This document shows positions 35,691-49,189 of a stretch of DNA of 64,000 nt, piece by piece. The DNA is from Macrostomum lignano (lineage: Eukaryota): NCBI GenBank assembly GCA_002269645.1, contig NIVC01000102.1, positions 577,950-641,949 on the forward strand, written 5' to 3'. The translations under genes and the position numbers were made by a program. Below the pieces are notes generated by a model that was given only the letters and a program-made list of their open reading frames with translations, was not told the DNA's origin and did not search any database. Positions within the stretch are counted from its first letter, which is position 1; each line of letters starts with the position of its first letter.

Positions 35691-36659
35691 GTCTTTGTCT
35701 CATGGGGCGTTGCTGAGATGCTTTGAGCTTTCGAGCTCATAGGGGATCTGATGATATATTAGGGTAGATAGCTGGCTTTCAGGGCAGTTGTTAAACATCA
35801 TTTCCTTAAAAAATAACAATAGTGACTGTAAAAAGTCAAAAGTTACATATAGTTTATATTTTATTGCTAATATTCTATACGATGAATGAGTTGTCTCTAT
35901 CTATCTCTCTGTGCTAGTTTATTCTATAGTTGAATAACATATCATATTCACTTAGGTCAATCAATTAAGTACCCATCTCACACATCTGTCTTCTTCTAAA
36001 AGCAATCCAGCTATTAAAACCCCTTGGAAACTTCAACTTTCAAAACTAAAAGCAAAACTTCTGTTTGCCTAAGAGGCAGCAGTCTGAGCTAGGCTTGCCG
36101 GACTTGTAAGCGATTTACTCAGCTACTGAGCAAATAAGAACTACTTCACCCAGCTACTCAGCTTTCCCAAATTAAACAGCCATTATTAGCCACTTTGACA
36201 GACAGAACTGTTGTATTGGCGACCTTCACCTTGCCTAGAAATTCTGCAGTTTAAGCGCTTCGCTAGTAAAGGTAAGCAGAACCGTCTATGCAGTTCTCAA
36301 CCCAGCGTTCCCACGAATCTCATTTCAGTTCAGCCAAAAATTATTGCATATTAATTATCCATATTTTCCTAGGCTAAGAAGTGGCCGCATGAAGTCGAAA
36401 ATTGCTGATGAATTTCTTGCTCTTAGAAGATTTTTTTATTAATTTATGCGGGTAAGAGATAAGAGAGGGAGATGTGGTACGGCGCGTGACCTGCCAATCT
36501 CGGATGCTCATTAACCTGGCGGGGGGTTCGCGAATCAAGCGACTGATTTTAAAAGTACACTACTGTATAAAGTGTCACTTGCTCCACCCCTTCCTGATCT
36601 CCCTTCTCATGCTCTTACATGTCTCTCACCTGTCTACCTCTCGGTTATGTTTTTCTTGC

Positions 36660-38822
36660 ACTTGTCTCCCTCTCTCACCTCAGGCCATCTGCGTCTCTCC
36701 CCCCTTCATCCCCTGTCTCCCTCTCACCTCTGTCTCTCTCTCAACCCTGTCTCCCTCTCACCCCTGTCTCCCTCTCACCCCTGTCTCCCTCTCACCCCTG
36801 TCTCCCTCTCACCTCTGTCTCCCTCTCACCCCTGTCTCCCTTTCACCCATGTCTTCCTCTCAGGCCATCTGCGTCTCTCCCCCTTCATCCCTGTCTCCCT
36901 CTCACCTCTGTCTCTCTCTCAACCCTGTCTCCCTCTCACCCCTGTCTCCCTCTCACCCCTGTCTCCCTCTCACCCCTGTCTCCCTCTCACCTCTGTCTCC
37001 CTCTCACCCCTGTCTCCCTTTCACCCATGTCTTCCTCTCAGGCCATCTGCGTCTCTCACCCCTTCATCCCCTGTCTCCCTCTCACCTCTGTCTCTCTCTC
37101 AACCCTGTCTCCCTCTCAACCCTGTCTTTCTCTCTATCACTCATGTCTCCTTCTCAACTCTGTTGCTCTCTCACCTCTGCCTCCCTCTCACCCCTGTCTC
37201 CCTCTCACCCCTGTCTCCCTCTCACCCTTGTCTCCCTCTCACCCCTGTCTCCCTCTCACCCCTGTCTCCCTCTCACCCCTGTCTCCCTCTCACCCCTGTC
37301 TCCCTCTCACCCCTGTCTCCCTCTCACCCCTGTCTCCCTCTCACCCCTGTCTCTCTCTCACCCCTGTCTCCCTCTCACCCTTGTCTCCCTCTCACCCCTG
37401 TCTCCCTCTCACCCCTGTCTCCCTCTCACCCCTGTCTCCCTCTCACCCCTGTCTCCCTCTCACCCCTGTCTCCCTCTCACCCCTGTCTCCCTCTCACCCC
37501 TGTCTCCCTCTCACCCCTGTCTCCCTCTCACCCCTGTCTCCCTCTCACCCCTGTCTCCCTCTCACCCCTGTCTCCCTCTCACCCCTGTCTCCCTCTCACC
37601 CCTGTCTCCCTCTCACCTCTGTCTCCCTCTCACCCCTGTCTCCCTTTCACCCATGTCTTCCTCTCAGGCCATCTGCGTCTCTCCCCCCTTCATCCCCTGT
37701 CTCCCTCTCACCTCTGTCTCTCTCTCAACCCTGTCTCCCTCTCACCCCTGTCTCCCTCTCACCCCTGTCTCCCTCTCACCCCTGTCTCCCTCTCACCTCT
37801 GTCTCTCTCTCAACCCTGTCTCCCTCTCAACCCTGTCTTTCTCTCTCTCACCCATGTCTCCTTCTCAACTCTGTTTCTCTCTCACCTCTGCCTCCCTCTC
37901 ACCCCTGTCTCCCTCTCACCCCTGTCTCCCTCTCACCCCTGTCTCCCTCTCACCCCTGTCTCCCTCTCACCCCTGTCTCCCTCTCACCCCTGTCTCCCTC
38001 TCACCCCTGTCTCCCTCTCACCTCTGTCTCCCTCTCACCCCTGTCTCCCTTTCACCCATGTCTTCCTCTCAGGCCATCTGCGTCTCTCCCCCCTTCATCC
38101 CCTGTCTCCCTCTCACCTCTGTCTCTCTCTCAACCCTGTCTCCCTCTCACCCCTGTCTCCCTCTCACCCCTGTCTCCCTCTCACCCCTGTCTCCCTCTCA
38201 CCTCTGTCTCTCTCTCAACCCTGTCTCCCTCTCAACCCTGTCTTTCTCTCTCTCACCCATGTCTCCTTCTCAACTCTGTTTCTCTCTCACCTCTGCCTCC
38301 CTCTCACCCCTGTCTCCCTCTCACCCCTGTCTCCCTCTCACCCCTGTCTCCCTCTCACCCCTGTCTCCCTCTCACCCCTGTCTCCCTCTCACCCCTGTCT
38401 CCCTCTCACCCCTGTCTCCCTCTCACCCCTGTCTCCCTCTCACCCCTGTCTCCCTCTCACCCCTGTCTCCCTCTCACCCCTGTCTCCCTCTCACCCTTGT
38501 CTCCCTCTCACCCCTGTCTCCCTCTCACCCCTGTCTCCCTCTCACCCCTGTCTCCCTCTCACCCCTGTCTCCCTCTCACCCCTGTCTCCCTCTCACCCCT
38601 GTCTCCCTCTCACCCCTGTCTCCCTCTCACCCCTGTCTCCCTCTCACCCCTGTCTCCCTCTCACCCCTGTCTCCCTCTCACCCCTGTCTCCCTCTCACCC
38701 CTGTCTCCCTCTCACCCCTGTCTCCCTCTCACCCCTGTCTCCCTCTCACCCCTGTCTCCCTCTCACCCCTGTCTCCCTCTCACCCCTGTCTCCCTCTCAC
38801 CCCTGTCTCCCTCTTAACCCTG
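36660..38822. repeat. 17-bp pyrimidine-rich minisatellite CCCCTGTCTCCCTCTCA with interspersed cassette
   Basis: The cassette GGCCATCTGCGTCTCT occurs at 36683, 36863, 37041, 37667 and 38072. Confidence 0.95.
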
Positions 38823-39754
38823 ATTTCCTCTCACTCCGCTATTCACACTAAATGTTCCCAAAGTGCACCCCACCCAACCCTAACCATCAGAGCCAAGGCT
38901 ATATATTTCTCTTGCCCAGCCTCCGCTCCCCTCTCCCCACCCTCGCCATCACATACCGTCTCACAATCTAAATCTTCAATCTCGAACTGTCACCTTCATT
39001 CACCTTTTCGTCACTTTTCTCTTCCCTCATAAGCATCGCGGAGCCTCAAAAAAACTTTTTTTCCCAGCAGCGCCATCAATTGCGCCTGTCCCGATCCCGT
39101 TCATCCCAAATCATCGTGAAGCTTCTTCCCTGCGCCCCTTCAAATTTTGCCGGAAAAAATCCCCGAGATTCAAAATATATCGTCCCAGAAGACATCGTTG
39201 TAGCTAGCAGGACTGCTGGGTCAATTGTTATCAAGGATCTTGGCTCTCGAGTGTTCAGGAGAATGAGGAAAAATAGATACCTGGAAGATTTTGAATTCCC
39301 CCACCGGGAATTCGACCAAATCTTCAAACTGACAGCTGACAGGAGCCTTTTTGTGGCGCGAGTTTTGAACAGAAAAAAGCAAATTTCTAACACACCCCCG
39401 AGACTGACTGTTTTAAAGTGTGGATTCTGTATGACTGAAAAAAGGTAAGAAAACCAGCAAAAACTGGAATTCAATTATGCAAGAACCAGTTTTCTACTAA
39501 TTGAAAATTTGTTTTCGGATTTTTCAAAAAACTGTTTTTCAAAAATCCATGAGTCTGTGGGGCACTGCCTTGAACTTTATGGTCTTCATACCGGTAGAGA
39601 CGTGAATCATCACGCTGAGTCGGTCCACAAAGGTTATTTCTTGTCATGGAAGCAAACACTCCGAGCAACCCTGTTAATTAAAGATTCCGGTTTAATTAGA
39701 AATTTGAATATGAATTATTTATGCTTTTTAGCTGACAGATATCTCACTAACCCT

Positions 39755-40760
39755 CTCCGTCTCCCTCTCCCACTCACCCTCTCTGTCTCCCTCTACCACT
39801 CACCCTCTCTGTCTCCCTCTCCCACTCACCTTCTCTGCCTCCCTCTCTCACTCACCCTCTCTGTCTCCCTCTCTCACTCACCTTCTCTGTCTCCCTCTCC
39901 CACTCACCCTCTCTGTCTCCTTCTCTCACTCACCCTCTCTGTCTCCCTCTCTCCCTCACCTTCTCTGTCTCCCTCTCCCACTCACCTTCTTTGTCTCCGT
40001 CTCCCACTCACCTTCTCTGCCTCCCTCTCTTACTCACCCTCTCTGTCTCTCTCTCTCACTCTCCCTCTCTGTCTCCCTCTCTCACTCTCCCTCTCTGTCT
40101 CCGTCTCCCACTCACCTTCTCTGCCTCCCTCTCTTACTCACCCTCTCTGTCTCTCTCTCTCACTCACCCTCTCTGTCTCCCTCTACCACTCACCCTCTCT
40201 GTCTCCCTCTCCCACTCACCTTCTCTGTCTCCCTCTCCCACTCACCTTCTCTGTCTCCCTCTCTCACTCACCCTCTCTGTCTCCCTCTCTCACTCACCCT
40301 CTCTGTCTCCCTCTCCCACTCACCTTCTCTGCCTCCCTCTCTCACTCACCCTCTCTGTCTCCCTCTCTCACTCACCCTCTCTGTCTCCCTCTCCCACTCA
40401 CCCTCTCTGTCTCCTTCTCTCACTCACCCTCTCTGTCTCCCTCTCCCACTCACCCTCTCTGTCTCCCTCTCTCCCTCACCTTCTCTGTCTCCCTCTCCCA
40501 CTCACCTTCTTTGTCTCCGTCTCCCACTCACCTTCTCTGCCTCCCTCTCTTACTCACCCTCTCTGTCTCTCTCTCTCACTCTCCCTCTCTGTCTCCCTCT
40601 CTCACTCTCCCTCTCTGTCTCCCTCTCTCACTCTCCCTCTCTGCCTTCCTTTAACTCTCTCCCTCATTATCACTCTCACTCTCCTTTTCGTCTCCCTTTC
40701 TCTCTCACTCTTCTTTCTTGTCCTACTCTATCTGTCTCTCTATCCCCACCTTCTTCTCTT
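39755..40760. repeat. ~24-bp CT-rich minisatellite (CTCACTCACCCTCTCTGTCTCCCT)
   Basis: Direct sequence. It abuts the left end of the transposon. Confidence 0.9.
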
Positions 40761-40768
40761 ATCCTTCA

Positions 40769-43700
40769 CATAGAAATCTAGAATACTAACTGGAAGTGAA
40801 GGCTTCTTTGTCGGGGAGTTCAAGTCGTACCTACCCGGGCCGATTCTTTTTAGCTTGAAAATGTTATAGTGACTAAACCCGCATCCAAAAGACCCTCCCA
40901 AAAACCCCCCAGCCCTTTAAAACTCTTTCTTGTTGCTCATGCCTTCATCTTTCATTCCCTTCAAGCTCAGACAGCACCCAGATGTACACTGTAAATGCTG
41001 TACGAGCGTACAGTGATAGCAAACCCTGGACTGGAGCAAAACAGAGAGCTCTTTACAGTGGTGCACGATCAATTGAATAGGAGTGGGGATATTCTTGGGA
41101 GGAAGGAAAGAATATGGGAAACGAGAGGAGGGAAATGTACATCAAACGGTATTCTGCACAGGAAAATAATATATATAACAAAGAGGCAACCGGCTGTTAG
41201 CACCCAAATCCTGCCAAAACTGAATATCACAAATTTGCCTAGATGGGATACAAATGCGCTGCATTTAATTGCCAATCTGGCTACGCAAGAAGGACTTCGA
41301 ACAATGAATCGAATGTGAAAACATCTTTCCATGCCTTTCCGTTAAATGATCCACAACTGATGACTGAGTGGCTCCGAAGAATTCGCAGAGAGCACTATGC
41401 CCCAACTAAGGAGTCTCGGTTGTGCTCTGCGCACTTTTTGGAGTCGGACTTCATCAGCACATCGCAAGACTCCAACACTCGTCGAAAGCGCAAGAGAAAT
41501 GCGCAACTGAGCCTGCGCGTTTTACGAAAGGGAGCCATCCCCTCTGTTTTTCCTCAACTTCCGGAAAGACTGCAGCCAATGGCTTCTACTTCCCGGACCG
41601 AATCAGCCACAGCTGAGCTACGACACCAAGCCGAAAGTGACAGGCTAGAAACAGCGGCATCGGAGTTTCTGTCGTTGGATAAAGTGGAATCGTTGGAGGA
41701 AATCAAGACCATGCTAGAGAGCAATCCGATTCCTGTTGGATTCGTTCCTGTGTTTGGCGCCGACTCCATTGCGTTCTGCCTGATTGATGTGGAGGATGTC
41801 CCGAATCTGGTCTGCTCTGTAAAAATTCAACGCGATATGATTGCTTCTGTAAGTTTGAAAGGACAACCGGTTCCAATGAAGCGATTTGAACAATTTTTGG
41901 ATCTCGGAAAGATCACCTTGTTTTCGCAGATTCAAAACTTATTAGCTTTAGCAAAATCGTGGGGCATCCCTGATCCCAATCCGAGAAGCGCAGAAGCTAA
42001 ATGGATTGAAGCTGCCATCGATTGCCTGTGCAACTTGCTGGAGGAATCGAATGACTCTGCCACGCCACTGATGCAGCAAATCCAGTTTATAGTGGAGCAG
42101 CTTAGGCTTCGTTGCCAGGCAAAGGAGGCTAGACGGTACTCCCCTGGTTTGATAGTGTTTGCCATGGTGCTGAAGTCCACCAGTTCAGCTTGCTACCAGG
42201 TGCTGCTGGATCAAGACCTGCTTGTTCTGCCATCAGTTAGACGACTAACGGCGATTTCTAGTCCTCTGTCTGTCAGCCCTGGCGTCTCGGACGAAAATTA
42301 CCTTCATCTACGGACTCAAAATCTGTCAATAATGGAGAGTAATGTCAACCTGATTATTGATGAGATACACCTAAATCGAAGAATAGACTACTCTTCCGGG
42401 TCTATTGTTGGCATGCAGGAGGCCAACCCGGCTTCAACAATGCTGTGCTTCATGGTCAAGTCAATCGCCGGAAAGTACCGCGATGTCGTCGCACTTTTCC
42501 CCTCAGCAAGTTGACTGCCGAAATATTGCACGAGCACTACACGAGCGTCATGGGGATGCTGCAGCGCACAAACCTTAATGTAGTGACCATCTTGGTTGAC
42601 AACCATTCCGCAAACCGTGCGTTTTTTGTCCACAAGCTTTGCGGTGGCATTCTGCAAACATGCGTACCCCATCCGTTCCATCGAGAAAAGAAGATTTTCC
42701 TTCTGTTTGACCCAACGCACACAATTAAAAACGTATATAACAATTTTCAGAAAAGGCAGTCTCTGGAGCTCCCAGAAAAAGATAGCGCCTTTTTTAATGT
42801 CCCGCTACCACATGTGAAGAGAACGGCTGATTCCTTAATTGTAGCAAAATTTGAGAACATCAAAGAGCTGTACAATCTGGAACAGGACAAGCCACTCAAA
42901 CTGGCCCCAAAACTCAACTCAAGCGTCATCGATCCAAAAAGTATTCAGAAGACCTCACCAAAGTTGGCACTAGCTGTGTTTTCTGAGTCTACCGCGCACG
43001 CCTTGGAATATTACTCGGCGAATCAAGGAAAGCCGTGGGGCGACACTGCGACTTTTGTCCATGCGGTGACGCAACTTTGGAAAGTTTTAAATGTCAAGAC
43101 GAGCTCAATTGGCAAACATAAAAGAGACTGTTGCCGAGATCCAGTCAGGTCAGACACAGATTGGAAGCTTACCTACCTCGCGGACGTCGCTAATTATCTG
43201 CGCGAATGGAAGGCCTGCAGAAGCAAAGGTCTTAGCGACGAAACCTTTCTGGCCCTCAGTCACACGCTGGATGCTCTAGTTGAAGTCTGCAGGTACTTAC
43301 TCAATAGTCTTATGTTCGAATATGTTCTGGTCGGAGCTTTCCAGTCGGACCCACTGGAAGGAAGATTTGGATGGTACCGTCACCGAAAAGGATTAAACTA
43401 CTATGTTTCGTGCAAAGATGTTCTGGATGGTGAGAAGGCAATCCGTTCTGTTTCAGTTCTGAAGTTCAGTCATGCTGCACCACAGACAATTCAGTCACTT
43501 GCAGCTGCAAAGGACCTGCACAGCGAGGGCAGCGACTTAATGGAAGAAGCCGGGCAAATTGCAGACCAACTAAACCTAATTGAGGAGATCGAAGCAGCTG
43601 ATGCCAACGTAACCTACTATGTGGCTGGAAAAATCGCCAAGTCCATCACAGCGCAAAGAAGCTGCACTGCATGCAAACAGCTACTAGTTGCCACTCCAGA

Positions 43701-44288
43701 CGAATCTGCAGCCGAAGCGCCATCTGACTTTCTGCGACAGCTAGACCGCGGTGGTCTAACGAACCCTTCTGACCTGGTGTTCACCATCTGCAAAGAGGCT
43801 TGGGTGATAATCATGCAACTGCAGCGCTGTCAGCGATTTCTGAAATCGAGGTACAGACACATCAGTCTGTTTGAAGCAGTTTGTTCCAAGATTTTTGAAC
43901 AACTCCCACAGTTGCGATTCCAAACGCATTGTGAGTATCAGCATCCAATCTTGCAGCTGGTGTGCAGGAAGATGTTTAACACTGCTGCAAAGAACTGGAC
44001 TAAACGCCTGTCCGCATCAGCGACTGGACCGACTGTAAGAAAAGTTGCAAAGTTTGGCGCCCACTGATGGTAAGTTTTGCATTCACTGCACTGCTTGAGA
44101 AATATAACTTGTGTACTCTTGGTAAGCAATATACCTTAAATAAAATTGTTTCAATGAAAAGAATGATAAATAAACATTAAAATTTTGGGGAAATAAAACT
44201 TTTGGGGAAGAGGAGCTTTTTATCCCGGCCCGGGTATGTACGCCCCCGCGAAAGCCTTCACTTCCAGTTAGTATTCTAGATTTCTATG
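40769..44288 (+). mobile_element. Full-length P-superfamily (THAP9-like) DNA transposon, 3520 bp
   Basis: 37-bp perfect TIRs (CATAGAAATCTAGAATACTAACTGGAAGTGAAGGCTT at 40769; reverse complement ends at 44288). CAT...ATG termini, TCCTTCA flanking both sides (40762-40768, 44289-44295), and an internal THAP transposase. Confidence 0.95.
41243..44067 (+). CDS. THAP-domain P-element transposase split by one -1 frameshift at ~42495-42502 (~941 aa if joined)
   Basis: THAP C2CH (CAAFNC...FHAFP...W...RLCSAHF), LIIDEIHL, ILVDNHSAN, FDPTHTIKNVYNNF, QSDPLEGRFG. The join restores DVVALFPLSKLTAE. Confidence 0.9.
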
Positions 44289-44865
44289 TCCTTCACTAGC
44301 GAATACACAAAAGAATTATGCCGAGTAGTTAAAAATCATTTTAAAACTTAATTAAACAGTTGAAACTGAAAAGAACGCCCCAAAACTGAGAGATAATCTG
44401 GGCCATCTGGGGCGGCAAAGCCTTGAAAATTGCAATAACAATAGTGTGGTGGTCCAAAATCTAAATACTCGTATGCGTCCAAGCTTACCTTTTTTAGGCT
44501 TCTGGACAACGCTTTGTTTAAAATGGTCCCTAGAGAAGACAATTGTTTTTTAACGATGTAAAAAGGAAAGCTTTGAAAGCCAACAGCAGTTGAAGAGCTT
44601 CGGTCCTTGTTCCGCTCTGCTGTTGCTGGCTGCGGCACGCGGAGGAGAAGGTCTTAAACAAACAGATCAGCAAAAATGCCCCGCCCCATGGGATCTGTGT
44701 GTTTTTTTTCGTTATTAAACTTAACCTTTGGAATCTTTTTTGTGGGACTTTAGACGAGTTTTTTCCTTGGCATGTTATCTTTAATAACAAAAATAAAGTT
44801 AATGTTTTATTACGAGAAGAGTTGAGGCTATTAAATAAAACAATTTAAAATGTGTCAAATGGATG

Positions 44866-45460
<595 letters not shown>

Positions 45461-46549
45461 GGCGTGAATTCACAGCAGTCAGAAGTGTCTCTGCTCCATT
45501 AGAATTCGCAGCCACTGAGCAAATGGAGAAGGCGAGGGCAGCACAGCGGGATTGCCCACTAGTCGATATTGTCAAGCCCCACTACGAGCTCGTACAAGCA
45601 GGAACAGCAATTTCCAGTGTCACTTTGACAAATGACGCTTCTCCCCCAAGTCTGACTCATACCTAATAATGCATTCAATTCCATACTCAATGAGATTAGA
45701 AAAATTACGAAAATTAGCATTAGCGAGCTGAGCTCTCTTACAAAAGACTCAAGTGGCTGGTCTGCCTTAAAGCCCCTCTACTGCTGGATAAATTTTTGCA
45801 TGCATTGTGTAGCAGAAGTGTCCGAACCCAGCCACACCCCACACCGCTATCAACTGAACACTGTTGTCTCAAGCCTTGTGCTGAAAGCAGCCGCTGAGCT
45901 ACTGGCAATCAGTCGTGGTGGGAGAGGAGTATACACACCCCAAAATATGAGATATGAAATTTTTTGCCACGACATAATAACAGCTACACCAACCCCTGCA
46001 GAGCCGCGGGAACTACAAGTAAAAAGGAATTGCCGACGAGACGATTCTCAATAGCTAGGGGGTGGGCAAGCCAAAAGGAACCGAGGGGGGGGGGTGGTTG
46101 GGTGGCTCCCCGCTGAGGTATGGATTCTTAGGCAGTAGGCTATCAGACCATGAGAATGGCAGATGGCTAATAACAGACCCTAAGATAAATAGGGTGGGGG
46201 CGGAGGACAGAGGGAGCGGTGCAGCGGAATCCATATTACAGCGGGGGGTGGGACACCTGCGTCTTCATCATTATATGGATCACCCAACTTCATCATATTC
46301 ATAATGCCTCATTTACATTTTTGTCGGTCTAGTGGTCCATAGTAGAGACAAAAATATTTTAAGTTGGAATTTTTTCAACAGAAGAACTGAACTTAGCTGT
46401 TATAAAAATGGTTTAAAATAATGATTTATATACAGGGTTATTTTTAAAAAAACAGATGAAATATGGCCTTTGTGAGTCCTAAGTTTCTCTTGCGACCGTT
46501 TTTTATGTCATGGTAACAGAACTAATATGCCAAAAAACAGTGCGAAGAG

Positions 46550-46810
46550 AGAAACGAAGAGGAAAACGGAGAGGGAGACACAGAGGGAGACAGAGAGGGA
46601 GACAGAGGGAGGGAGAGGGAGACGGAGGAAGGGAGAGGGAGATGAGAAGGGAGACAGAAGGAGCGAGAGGGAGGGAGAGGGAGAGAGGGAGAGGGAGGCA
46701 GAGGAAGAGGGAGGGAGAGGGAGAGGGAGGGAGAGGGAGAGGGAGACAGTGGGAAGGAGAGGGAGACAGAGAGAGTCAGAGGGGGGAAGACAGAAAGAGA
46801 GGCGAACACG
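46550..46810. repeat. GA-rich low-complexity tract
   Basis: Polypurine run. Confidence 0.85.
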
Positions 46811-47332
46811 AAGACAAAATCAAGATGCTGCGATAGCAAGAACCAAGGGAGCATTGCGTAAGACCCCAAGCTAGCAACAAACAACTAAACGATTATCTGC
46901 ATCAATTTGTCTGTCAGAAAACTTGCATAAAAAATTGCAAAAAAGCTGACGTGCAATCTGATTCGCAGAGAAAATGCAACGACAAAAACTTGGAAAAAAA
47001 CGCACACAAACAGAAACACGACTGCATTAAAGCATTGGATTTTATTGCAGTTGCCCACCAACCTCTGCTGATTGACATCGCCACTTTTTTATCCCGTTGG
47101 TCTTCGGATTCCGTTGCGATGTTTTTACAGGCCTCGGCGCGAGTTGATGGCTAAACGGAACTGCCACTTCCAGATATTGCCATGGCTAGGCCTATATAGT
47201 CCTCTGGCTTGAGGTGAATTAATTACTGCAGATGGCTCGAGTCAAATCCGTTACCATGGTGACGGTTTGTTCAGCTGTTGACTATAAATTCTTCTTTCGG
47301 TTTTAGCTGCAGTCCTCAGTTATCTTTGCTTT

Positions 47333-47928
47333 AGTCTGTCTTAGTTTCTGTTTTAGTGTCTGTCTTAGTGTCTGTCTTGGTGTCTGTCTTAGTGTCTGTC
47401 TTGGTGTCTGTCTTAGTGTCTGTCTTGGTGTCTGTCTTGGTGTCTGTCTCAGTGTCTGTTTTAGGGTCTGTCTCAGTGTCTGTCTTAGTTTCTGTTTTAG
47501 TGTCTGTCTTAGTGTCTGTCTTGGTGTCTGTCTTAGTGTCTGTCTTGGTGTCTGTCTTGGTGTCTGTCTCAGTGTCTGTTTTAGGGTCTGTCTCAGTGTC
47601 TGTCTTAGTTTCTGTTTTAGTGTCTGTTTTAGTGTCTGTCTTGGTGTCTGTCTTAGTGTCTGTCTTGGTGTCTGTCTTAGTGTCTGTCTTGGTGTCTGTC
47701 TTGGTGTCTGTCTTAGTGTCTGTCTTAGTATCTGTCTTAGTGTCTGTCTTAGTGTCTGTCTTAGTATCTGTCTTAGTGTCTGTCTTAGTGTCTGTCTTAG
47801 TGTCTGTTTTGGTGTCTGTCTTAGTGTCTGTTTTAGGGTCTGTCTTAGTGTCTGTCTTAGTGTTTGTCTTAGTGTTTGACTTAGTGTCTGTCTTAGTGTC
47901 TGTCTTAGTGTCTGTCTTAGTGTCTGTC
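47333..47928. repeat. 12-bp minisatellite GTGTCTGTCTTA/G
   Basis: About 50 copies. Confidence 0.95.
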
Positions 47929-48399
47929 CTTGCTAACTAGTAAAACTTGAAAGTTAACTGAAATGGTTTCACTTCATTCATTCATGGCTCCCATGGCAAC
48001 GCCATATCTACAGAGGTAGTAGTGAAAATGTTTAAAAGCCCCAGAATACTTCGCGGTGTGTTTACCAAACCTGTTATGCAATATCTGCAGTATGCATACA
48101 CAAAAGCACACCTCAAGACAGCCCAACTGAGGTTCGATCAACAAAAAGCCCGAAAAACTTTCCTCTTCTCTCTCTCTATATATTCCTTCGTTCAAAAGTT
48201 GGCTCAAATTTCACACAGGAAAGCGCGCCGCGCCGCTTATGCCCAACTGGTTTGTTTGACAAGACGAAAGGGGGTGAAATGGAAACTCCAGTCGGACTGT
48301 TACGTATTCTTACGCGTGTGTTGGCGTCTTAGACAACATAGCCAGTTCGGGAACCCGCTGAATGAATTTCGCTTTTGGATACTGCGCTATAAGATACAG

Positions 48400-48850
48400 G
48401 AATGGAGCCAGCCACCTACCTACAGAACCTATTTACCAACTTACACTACCTATAGGCCTACCTACCACTCCACCTACCAATACATTTAACTGCTGACTTA
48501 CTAATCTGCCAAACTATCAAAAACTTACCCATACTTTCACCTGTCTACCCACCTGCTCAACTCATCTACCAGCCTACCTATTTGTCTACCTACTTGTCTA
48601 CCCACTTGTCTACCCACCTGTATACTCACCTGTCTATCTTCCCGTCTACCCAATGTCTACTTACCTGTCTACCCACCTGTCTACCCAACTGTCTACCCAA
48701 CTGTCTACCCACCTGTCTACTCACTTGTCTACCCACTGTCTACCCACCTGTCTACCCACCTGTCTACCCACCTGTCTACCTACCTGTCTACCTACCTGTC
48801 TACCTACCTGTCTACCTGTCTACCTACCTGTCTACCTACTTGTCTACCCA
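48400..48850. repeat. ACCTGTCTACCC / (CTAC)n repeat
   Basis: Degenerate 12-bp/4-bp periodicity. Confidence 0.85.
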
Positions 48851-49189
48851 ACTCGTCGATTCTGAAGAGATGCCAAAATCGCGAAGTTTTTTGATCACGT
48901 AATCTCGCAATCCCGAAATTCTCTAAAATCAGAGAAAATTTTTACAAAAGTTGTGCTGCATGAAAATTTTTTTCATCTGATAGAAGCTGGTGGGGTGTAT
49001 TTTGAAGGGGCTATAACTTTCCAACCAAACAAAAATGGTTGTAACTCAATGAAACCAGCCAAGAAAAAAAAATTGCTGTATTAAAACTTTTCAAGGTATA
49101 TTTTCATATAGCAATGAAAAACGATTTCTTTGATATTTGCGGGCGAATAAAATACTCAAGAGACCAATATGGTTGAAGACGGTTCTGCA

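Noticed and set aside
36400-36425. Hammerhead ribozyme core (CTGATGA)
   Set aside because: There are no flanking helices or correctly placed GAAA. Other CTGATGA hits are in coding sequence.
36474-39032. Very long ORFs (730-850 aa) in three frames
   Set aside because: They are translations of a stop-free 17-bp pyrimidine repeat, with no domain content.
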